A DNA stretch of 20,000 nucleotides from Perkinsus olseni. Its lineage: Eukaryota. The translations under genes and the position numbers were made by a program. The stretch lies in NCBI GenBank assembly GCA_013115125.1, contig JABANN010000085.1, positions 57,398 through 77,397 on the forward strand. The letters are read 5' to 3'. The notes under the pieces were generated by a model, which worked only from the letters and a program-made list of their open reading frames with translations, was not told the DNA's origin and did not search any database. Positions within the stretch are counted from its first letter, which is position 1, and each line of letters starts with the position of its first letter. Shown here one piece after another: positions 12,104 through 19,903 of this stretch.

Positions 12104-13189
12104 CTAGGTGACGCTGTATGAGAGCATGCATGTGAGCTGCTCACATCCGCTGCTCACCTCACACCGTGGTAGTACCACAGGATGAAATCACACTCGATCA
12201 ATTGGGATGCATCCCCTGAGGCTCGGCTACGAAGCTGCGAGGCTACGGGTTGGTGAGCCCGATACGTGCCCGACGCTTCAAGTATCATACTTCCGCCACC
12301 GGATAGACGGGATAGGCTTGATCCGGCATGATAACGGACAGCGTCAGGAACGTCGTTTCGAGTCGTAACTTAAGATGCTTAGAATCGGGCGCCACGTGAC
12401 GCACTGTAATCCTCGCACATGCACAGGTGGTTGGTGGCGCTCTCGTTTCCATTTGATGGACCGCATAATATCGAGAAGTTCTGGACTAGAACAGGCGTCT
12501 CTGGTTTACCCATCAGTCCTCTTTGCTGTATGAGAAACAGGCTGGCGGTCTTTTTCCAGGCCCTTGAAATTACCATGATGCATTTGAGTGTCAATAGTGA
12601 CTGACCAAGTTTATATAATAATACCGCTGTGCCTAATAGACTCTCATCCTGAACAGGTAATGAGAACCTGCCAGCCGTTACTCAGTAAGATACCGCAGAA
12701 ATTGCCAGACTCCGTGTCCAATTAGGGCCGAGTCAACGAGTTGTCACTCCTGTGCGCGTGCTGGACCTCCGCGAGAGAAATTTGATGGATAAACTCAACA
12801 TGCCGCTTGGCACGAAATAACTGAATCAATAGAAACTGCTCTGCATGAGTCACCACAACTCAAGCAATTAACACTGCGCCGACAGAGACCGCGGGCCACA
12901 AAACTTCATGGGGAACATGAGTTATCCATGGCTCATCAATTTCACTCCCGTTGATCCTTCTCACGGCGGATCGCTACCAAGAATCTAAAGGGGAGAATCC
13001 TCGGAGACATCCAGACCTCGACGGGTCAGATTGCTAAGGAGGCATCCTAGTGCCTCCAGCCTGGCAGGTTTGTGTGAGAAGTTCAACGCGGATAACACTG
13101 CAGTGTTCAACACGGATGAGTCATGACACATAAGCCGCTCATGATGAGTCCACTGAGCAGTGCTGCCCGTCAGACGGACTGCGTCTTGA

Positions 13190-13211
13190 GGTATAGGCTA
13201 TACCGTATAGC
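13190..13211. other. 22-bp zig-zag footprint, exact; target GGTATAGC
   Basis: GGTATAG GCTATACC GTATAGC. Confidence 0.85.
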
Positions 13212-13449
13212 TTCAGCAGGCAATAGACCCGGTCCAATAGACCGCGCAACTTTCCTGAGGAGCAGCGATTCCTCCTTCTAACTTGGACATCCTAAGTAGC
13301 GACAGTCCTCGCGACCCGGTGATGCTGTCATCAGTTGTAGGAATGCGCGCAGCGCGCAGCGCCTTCTTCGGGTCAATGGCCTGGAAAGATAGCCTAGCTA
13401 TCACTTTTCGCTCACTGCTTGTTTATTACTGCTCGTAATGGTACGGTGA

Positions 13450-13471
13450 AGGTACACTGTACCTGGTACAG
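13450..13471. other. 22-bp zig-zag footprint, exact; target AGGTACAG
   Basis: AGGTACA CTGTACCT GGTACAG. Confidence 0.85.
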
Positions 13472-13526
13472 AGCACCTTTATTCTGGGTCTAGCTGAGCT
13501 AGTTAAGGCTGGTGCAATGTCAAGTG

Positions 13527-13548
13527 GTACAGCGGCTGTACTACAGCC
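13527..13548. other. 22-bp zig-zag footprint, exact; target GTACAGCC
   Basis: GTACAGC GGCTGTAC TACAGCC. Confidence 0.85.
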
Positions 13549-13966
13549 TATGCCGCTCGACACTGTACGAGTAGCGAACAGGACAGCATGTGCTGTACAG
13601 GTGTGTCGTCATCCAGCATAAATACTGGTACTCAACTTTCGGCTTTTGTCGAGTCGTGCACTTGTAATAAGTATGAGTCTATTCGATACAGTGAAGTTTC
13701 GTCTCGAGCCAATTGGAACAGTTTCACGTATTTCGTAGTTTTGAACGTATTGGATGACGTGTTACTTTCCGACTGTATTCGCACAGTGCCATTCAGTGCA
13801 GTTTCGAGGAGTATAACTCACAGTGTACGAAGCTTTACGCCAGTGTAGCCGTTACTCTGGTGTACACTGTACAGTATCATATCACCGCTCGTCTCTAGCA
13901 GAGACAGATCTGACCCATAAGATCGATCACCAAGCTGGCAGCGGACAGTTGGGGCGAGCGCTGGAA

Positions 13967-13988
13967 AGTTGTACTACAACTGTTGTAG
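13967..13988. other. 22-bp zig-zag footprint, exact; target AGTTGTAG
   Basis: AGTTGTA CTACAACT GTTGTAG. Confidence 0.85.
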
Positions 13989-14076
13989 TAACAACGTTGC
14001 AAGAACCCAGGGAAAATGGGCTGTTTGTGGTCATCGGCGGTGACAGGCAGCTTAACACGGTGAATTGGCATAATGC

Positions 14077-14847
14077 TCAAGCCCGGTCGTTGGTGAGTGC
14101 CCTGCGTGTCCCCTCTATCTTCGTGTAGATGGTCTTATTATTAGCGAAGACGAATTATTATTATCCAGCGAAGATTTCCTCTCGACTACCAGAAGTGAGC
14201 TTGCAACGGAAACGAGGAGTACTATGCCTTCCGCATTTGACTTTTATCCGGAAAATCTCATCAGCGCGGACCTTGAAGACCACTTTTAAGCTTGGGGAAG
14301 TTGGCCCGTTGTACACGAATGTACCAGGTATCAAACTGTCTACCTTCTTTTTGAAAATGATCATCTTGTTCTGGAAGTGGGTGGAGAGATGGTCGCCATC
14401 AAGGTAGGTGAGATACATAAGATCACCATATTGAATCCCAGCAGGGGGCAACGAACCATCGCGCTTGACCGCACCGGCATTTCCCAAGTAGTGACCAATA
14501 GCCTCGTATGAATTAGGGAAGCTCGAAGGGGGGCCTCTCTCTTAAAACGAATACCGATAGATGGAACCGTCTTGCTTTTTCAAGGGGAGTCCCTTTAGGG
14601 GACTGGCTGAATGCTGAAGGCTGTCGGGCGTTTTGGGAGGACACCAAGCCTAGGGGGCCGAGAATGAGAAAGCAGCTTTATGGTCCACGTCAACGTACGT
14701 TGCTGCTTTCTCATTCTCGTTGACAACGTTGAAGGCCATACGAGAGCCTTCTGTCTCGTGCACAAACTTCCCAACGTATTGGCCTGTGACGAGCACAGCT
14801 CGAATGGTTTGTACCCACGTCGAGAGGAAATTCACTGAGGTATTCAT
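14077..14847 (-). pseudogene. Disrupted paralog of the 10428-11219 secreted protein
   Basis: Matches to the intact gene: PLKKQDGSIYRYSF~PLRKDEGFTYTIDF, GDLMYLTYLDGDHLS~ADLTTLTYLTGDAFS, LIPGTFVYNGPTSP~LSPGEYVYEEPVSP, and KTIYTKIEGTRRALT~KTIYVAFEGVRLPLT. It carries in-frame stops, a 14-bp insertion, a 33-bp insertion and an apparent deletion near 14155. Confidence 0.8.
14582..14603. other. 22-bp zig-zag footprint, 1 mismatch; target AAGGGGAC; inside the secreted-protein pseudogene
   Basis: AAGGGGA GTCCCtTT AGGGGAC. Confidence 0.75.
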
Positions 14848-14931
14848 TGAGCAACAGAAGGTATTCCTGAAGGAGAGTTGACGATGACGAAGCAACCACA
14901 CAATGCCGCCGAGCATGTAGACGTCCACGTC

Positions 14932-15089
14932 TGTTGTGTGTCTGGTGGCCAGAGTCCCTGACCACTCAGCACACAAGACATCTGTCCCCATATCTTAGCT
15001 CAGCGTTGCCCATTGATTAATGACGATGTGCTCTTAATTACAGTCTCTTAAGAAGTCTTAAGTACTTGGGTTTGCCATGACTGGTAACA
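14932..15089 (+). repeat. 5' LTR of the TRIM (158 bp)
   Basis: TG...CA ends; differs from 15589-15746 at 5 positions. Confidence 0.93.
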
Positions 15090-15103
15090 TGGTGGAGAAC
15101 CCG
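15090..15103 (+). promoter_or_regulatory. Primer-binding site, probably tRNA-Ala
   Basis: TGGTGGAGAACCCG is complementary to ...GUUCUCCA-CCA, an acceptor end with U70 and A73 typical of tRNA-Ala. Confidence 0.75.
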
Positions 15104-15144
15104 TGCTGATCTTTGTCTCTCTTATGCCAAGTGGGATGTATACT

Positions 15145-15166
15145 GTCAAAGACTTTGACTAAAAGT
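15145..15166. other. 22-bp zig-zag footprint, 1 mismatch; target GTCAAAGT; inside the TRIM
   Basis: GTCAAAG ACTTTGAC TaAAAGT. Confidence 0.75.
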
Positions 15167-15576
15167 CATGGTGAATTCGTCAATCTATGTCCGTCGACTA
15201 TGTTGGACTATTTGAGAGCTCCAGTCCCATTCGTTTACTAGGCCAATTGATAGACGTGGAGCTTCCCAAAAGCCTCGCCTTTTGCCTGACACTGTGTACG
15301 AGAAGATTTGCTTTACTGCCTTGGTAACGGCTATGTGATGTCGGTTCAGCCCAGCGGCCGCCGGGGCTCTGTCTGGTACACCAACGTCTCACATGCTGAC
15401 AGTTAACAAGTGCTTCTTCTGGTTGTGGATATGCTTTCGTCTGGATTTTTGACGGTGGAGCCGTTGGACTATAGACAGCCCAAGACATCACTCTTGTGTA
15501 TAAGTATGCTGAAGTCCGTAGGTGGTTAATAATGAAATTTGAGAATGATAGTTGTTTTCATTTGAGTTTTTGGTCT

Positions 15577-15588
15577 GGGGAAGGGAGA
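15577..15588 (+). promoter_or_regulatory. Polypurine tract
   Basis: GGGGAAGGGAGA directly abutting the 3' LTR. Confidence 0.85.
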
Positions 15589-15746
15589 TGTTGTGTGTCT
15601 GGTGGCCAGTGTCCCTGACCACTCAGCACACAAGACATCTGTCCCCATATCTTAGCTTAGCGTTGCCCATTGGTTAATGACGATGTACTCTTAATTACAG
15701 TCTCTTGAGAAGTCTTAAGTACTTGGGTTTGCCATGACTGGTAACA
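15589..15746 (+). repeat. 3' LTR of the TRIM (158 bp)
   Basis: Direct repeat of 14932-15089, 153/158 identical. Confidence 0.93.
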
Positions 15747-15883
15747 ACGTCAAAAACGACGTGATGTGGACGAAATCGGCATGGACAAAAATAGGAGTAC
15801 ACCGAGGGCGAATGCGGCGTGTGTACAGCCTGAATTTGTGAGTTCATCGAAAACAATCGTTGAGTCGTTGACCTTCGAGTCTC

Positions 15884-16513
15884 TGTAGTTGTGCAAGTTC
15901 ACAACTATGGGCCATACTCAGCCTGAGTAGTCTATATAGTCTAACATAGTCTATGGCTCCTGAGCCTAGCCTGACGCTAGTTGATGACTTTATGAGTGTT
16001 ATCATTGGCAGAATCTCAGGATTCCACGAAACCATTGACTTGAGTTTCCCGATGGTTAACATGGTGGAGGACCCGTCCTCCGAATCCTCGGTGAACCCTG
16101 TCGGCTTGCAGATTGCTCATGCTTTTGGTGTAGAGAACGTTTACCTTTTACGATATGTTACTGATGAAGAATTTGCTGAGAAGTGCGAAGATATGCTCAC
16201 TGATAAGAAGACGACTGTTGCTGATATACTGGCTTGGTGCGATTATATGGAGAGTATTGAAGATAATCGTCCCCAATTGTATCGTTCTACCCACGTTTTC
16301 ATTAAGGATGTGCGCGATAAGATGGACGCCCAACAAAGACCTGCAGGTGACGGTACTACTTATACTACTACAGTTGCTGTTGCTTCTACTATTTTGGGTT
16401 CGACTTCGTTAACTGCGACAACTGCGACAACTGCGACTGCGAAGTTATGCTTCTGGCTACCTCGGCTTTTTCCACTGCCTGTGCTCAGCAGACCTAAGCA
16501 GCCTCCGTCGTAG
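15884..16513 (+). mobile_element. Truncated LTR retrotransposon 5' end: putative LTR ending at 16061, PBS 16062-16075 and a gag-like ORF 16061-16513
   Basis: ...ACTTGAGTTTCCCGATGGTTAACA|TGGTGGAGGACCCG parallels the TRIM junction ...ACTTGGGTTTGCCATGACTGGTAACA|TGGTGGAGAACCCG. A 150-aa ORF (MVEDPSSE...) starts at the junction. The left boundary (TG at 15884) is a guess and no second LTR was found. Confidence 0.6.
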
Positions 16514-16665
16514 GGAGAGAAAACTTGTCATTAGCTCTTTGGCTAGACCTGGGACCGAGACCGCTACGGTATATTCCACACAGGGGCATATTTCACATGA
16601 CTTTAACTAATGCTAAGTACTCACTAAATAGACCTTAAGCTAATGGAATCTTGACGAAAGTGGAC

Positions 16666-17490
16666 ACTTGATTGCGCATTAGGCACTGATGAACGTTCCA
16701 CAGTGATTCTATGCCTCGATCTTGGCATTCAACTTGAGTGACTCAAGGCCAAGAGCTCCGCGTGAGTGAACTAGGTGGCGGATAAAATATTAGGGATTGC
16801 ATACACTCGGTCGCCGCTCTTCCCGGCAATATCGAAAGCATTCTTCTCAGTTCCCGCACAATTGCTTTATTTGGCGCCATGGGACAGACCGGTAGCCACG
16901 CCTTGTGCATAGGCCAGCGTGGCCATGTCAATGATGAGCTCTGGATTGAGGCGTTTAGCTGCTAAATTAGCAGCATACGTGACCCCATCCGCGACGGTCA
17001 GCCGCCCTTCACAGTCCGTGTTGTTGATCCTCAGTGGAGATTCTCCACTGTAAGGCCGGAATACATCTCAATAACATCACCACGACGATACGAATCAGGC
17101 TCGATATCGCTCTCAGCAAGGCAACCGATGAAATACAGGCGGCACTCAAGAACGGTTGGTCCATGGCACGTTCAACGGTTGAGAACATAGCACTGTTACT
17201 TTAACAGTTTATGGACTGAAAACTTAGTACTGAAATCATCCTCTCCGAGTTTAACTGGACCAGTTTCCACCGACCTATCCGAGAAAGCCGGAACATCCGA
17301 CTTCTCCTCCGTGCCGAACCGGGGGTGGGTGCTCTCCCATCGCAACCTTCACGGGTCCTGAATTAGGACTATGCTGATGAGCTTTTGTCGTTAGACAGTT
17401 GAATGCCCCTAAGTTGCCGGCGCCCTGGACGGCAACATTAGACATGAAACTCACCATGAAGTCCAGAACGTCGCATACTTAGGCCAGAAT
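16666..17490 (-). pseudogene. M17 leucyl aminopeptidase (NPEPL1-type) pseudogene fragment
   Basis: Manual translation gives CLAESDIEPDSYRRGDVIEMYSGLTVE/INNTDCEGRLTVADGVTYA...IIDMATLAYAQGVATGLSHGA*SNCA...AGKSGDRV...NAQSS. This contains the M17 NTDAEGRL motif variant (16999-17022) and the DMATL motif, with stops and frameshifts. Both ends are approximate. Confidence 0.85.
16726..16747. other. 22-bp zig-zag footprint, 1 mismatch; target CACTCAAG
   Basis: CAtTCAA CTTGAGTG ACTCAAG. Confidence 0.75.
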
Positions 17491-17547
17491 CTTCGTTCCC
17501 GGGAAGAGACAAAAAGCCAGACTGCTCCTAGGAACAATTTTCCGGGA

Positions 17548-17569
17548 TTGCGGAGTCCGCAATGCGGAC
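17548..17569. other. 22-bp zig-zag footprint, exact; target TTGCGGAC
   Basis: TTGCGGA GTCCGCAA TGCGGAC. Confidence 0.85.
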
Positions 17570-18223
17570 CGCATGGAGCCGGAGGTTTCAAAGAACACTG
17601 CCCGTTAGCATGCCGCCGAGGTAATTGCGATGCTTTGTGCCGGCTTCGCCGTCAAGCAGAGACTTGGCGATCCAACAAGAGCATGAGATTCGACAGCGCT
17701 ATTGTTTGTCTTTGTCTTGTGCTCTTGAACAACCCCGAGACCAGCTTCGGCGCGGTAAATCACTTTCCTGCGACGGTACGATGCAACTGGGGGCCTAGCC
17801 ACTGGTGGATGAGGGGTTCGTCTACACTTTGCTGTCGAGCCTCTCAGAAGGAGGCTGGTCACCGTGTAGTACACGGAAGCCAAAGAGGTATTGGCCATTG
17901 GGAGTATTGAATTGGGTGATAATGTTTGTGCGCTCCGGCATAGGCTCTGCTATTTGTGCGTCCTCTCGTCCCTGCACTCGCGTGCACTGTTGGGAACTTT
18001 GATAGCACACCACCGTTCAAGCGCCGGATTGAAGCACGACTCTGTAGCACGACGGCTTTACGGGCTTAACACTGCGAAATATTTGCTGCAAACGTCTCTT
18101 GGCCGTGGCGACATCCTCTGGGTCAAATATTATTCAATAATATACTAAAAATTATAACCAATGATGACTATCGGCAAATCCCCTGCCCCTGCAGTGTTCA
18201 CACTTTACCACCATTCAACCCCA

Positions 18224-19304
18224 ATGGCCATGAACATTCCGGCTATCTTCGGCTTCATCGGACTTCTAGTCGGCTGCCGTGCTGATAAACTGGTGAGGTT
18301 GGCTATATCCCAGGATAGAGCTCTTCCGGGCCTTCTGACCTCTGAACGATTGTTCGCTCGCCTGAACGTCGACAACGAAGACGTCAAGGTGATAGTAGAT
18401 ATAATACCTACTACCTCCCGAAACCCAAACCCGAACCCGAACCCGAACGCGATAAGCTCATCTTCAAGTGCTATGAGTGCAACCCGGCCCCGTGTAAGGA
18501 GGGCCCGTATGGACGGTACGTGCTTTCTACGGGAAACTTATGTTTGTCTTCGAGCACAACGGAACGTTTGCCTTCGGCAACTTAACCGCGACCGGTATCG
18601 AGTTTGCTCTGACAGAGTCCTGTAATTGCCGTCCTTTAGCCAGCTTAGGCCTGTCCCCGCCTCTCACAAAGCTCGCGCCTTTCCCCCCTCTCGTCTATTA
18701 ACTACTTGCTCGGCCGAGGTCTGAGCGGCTCATTGAAAGTAGTGCCTTTTCTCTTCATCTCAAGGCTGCAGAGAACCCTACTGGTGAGCTCATACTCGGT
18801 GGTGAAGACAAGAGCAAGTACAAAGGCAGTCTGAAGTTTGTGAAAGTTGTTCACAAGGAGGATCAGTCGATTATGATTTCGGGCTATTACGTTGGGGACA
18901 TCAGCCATGACCCGATCACTTTGTCGGTGACGTCTCATTTCAACACGGTCGATAGTTTCCTTCAGTTGCCTATTGATCATAAGAAGGAAATTATCAGGCT
19001 ACTTACGACACAGGGAACGAAGCCTCTCGCCATCGCTGAGCAGTACGGCTTTCTGAGAATATCCTGTGACGACAGCAAGTACTTGCCGTCGTTGACGTTT
19101 CTTCTGAAAGGCTCGGAGCTCGAGACGGTGCCACTGAAGATACAGCCTGCCAGCTACACTATTCGGCTGTCAACAAAGATGTGCATCTTGCGCATGGAGT
19201 TCCGTGACAATGGGACATGGAGCTTGGGTCTGCCCGCACTCATCGGGTTCTACCATTTATACGATTGGGACAGGTCTCGCATTGGTATTGCCGAGGTGAA
19301 ATGA
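18224..19304 (+). pseudogene. Intronless secreted pepsin-like aspartic protease (A1) pseudogene
   Basis: Signal peptide MAMNIPAIFGFIGLLVGCRA and A1 landmarks VKVIVD, FSLHL...GELILGGEDKSKY, LPSLTF and WSLGLPALIGFYHLYDWDRSRIGIA. The first DTG is lost at an insertion and the second reads NTV. There are frameshifts at ~18400-18530 and a premature TAA at 18699-18701. Confidence 0.85.
18417..18447. repeat. Short (CCCGAA)n-type tract
   Basis: CCCGAAA CCCAAA CCCGAA CCCGAA CCCGAA. Confidence 0.8.
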
Positions 19305-19524
19305 TAACAACGCATACATTGTTTGTACACCCGCAATGGGTGACACGTCATCAGCTCAATCGTAGAGTCGCCAAATTTCTTGAACTGTCATATTACTGTC
19401 AATAACGTTAACAACGCTTGCATTTCGGTCGTTACGGCGGATCACATCATCTCTATCATTTCACTCTTCGTCGAAGCCTCACAGTTGTATTCTCTCTGAT
19501 ATGTCTTGTTTGGTAGTAGTGAAT

Positions 19525-19546
19525 ACCACAACTTGTGGTCCACAAG
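19525..19546. other. 22-bp zig-zag footprint, exact; target ACCACAAG
   Basis: ACCACAA CTTGTGGT CCACAAG. Confidence 0.85.
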
Positions 19547-19597
19547 TAAAGTTCTAGAGTGTCGATTTTTGATATCATGATTTTACTGTGCAGTTTC

Positions 19598-19903
19598 GAC
19601 CAAGTCACCGCTCTTCTTGGCAATATAGAAGGCCTTCTACTCAGTATCCGCACAATCCATGACAATTGCGCCATGGGGAAGGCCGGCAGCCACGCCTTGA
19701 GTAGAAGTTCGGCTCCTCGTGAGCCTCGCGTCCCGTTCTTGTACGACGAACGTCTTACAGCTGGTGCCATCGAGACCTGTGTCTTCTGTTGTAACATCCA
19801 ACAAATCAACAGTATCTGCACAAATTGTGCGGCACAATTGCTTTAAATGGCGCCATGAGACAGGCAGGTAGCCACGCCTTGAGCATAGGTCAGCGTGGCC
19901 TCA
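19598..19903 (-). pseudogene. Two further short NPEPL1-type M17 fragments (~19598-19705 and ~19810-19903)
   Basis: They read ATLTYAQGVATCLSHGAI*SNCA and QGVAAGLPHGAIVMDCADTE*KAFYIAKKSGDLV, and are similar at the nucleotide level to 16810-16925. Confidence 0.75.
19817..19838. other. 22-bp zig-zag footprint, 1 mismatch; target CGCACAAT; empty site visible in paralogs
   Basis: tGCACAA ATTGTGCG GCACAAT; the homologous positions at 16855-16862 and 19649-19656 carry a single CGCACAAT. Confidence 0.85.

Larger units (their letters stand above)
14932..15746 (+). mobile_element. Complete non-autonomous miniature LTR retrotransposon (TRIM), 815 bp
   Basis: 158-bp direct repeats bounded by TGTT...AACA, a PBS right after the 5' LTR, a PPT right before the 3' LTR, and a 5-bp TSD ACGTC at 14927-14931 and 15747-15751. 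The 499-bp interior has no convincing ORF. Confidence 0.93.

Noticed and set aside
11434-13404. Short ORFs as hAT transposase remnants
   Set aside because: No BED finger, DDE or hAT dimerisation motif was recognisable.
15400-15530. Integrase-like peptide (VLLLVVDMLS...VEPL) inside the TRIM
   Set aside because: Too short and weak, with no other pol motifs.
16411-16442. ACTGCGACA micro-repeat (TATTATTATA peptide); also the short TATTCAGTACC duplication at ~10083-10120
   Set aside because: Ordinary slippage-type repeats.
16512-16540. AGGGAGAGAAAA as the PPT of a 3' LTR for the second element
   Set aside because: The following sequence does not match 15884-16061.
17548-18148. Overlapping short ORFs on both strands
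   Set aside because: No family assignment is possible from the sequence alone.
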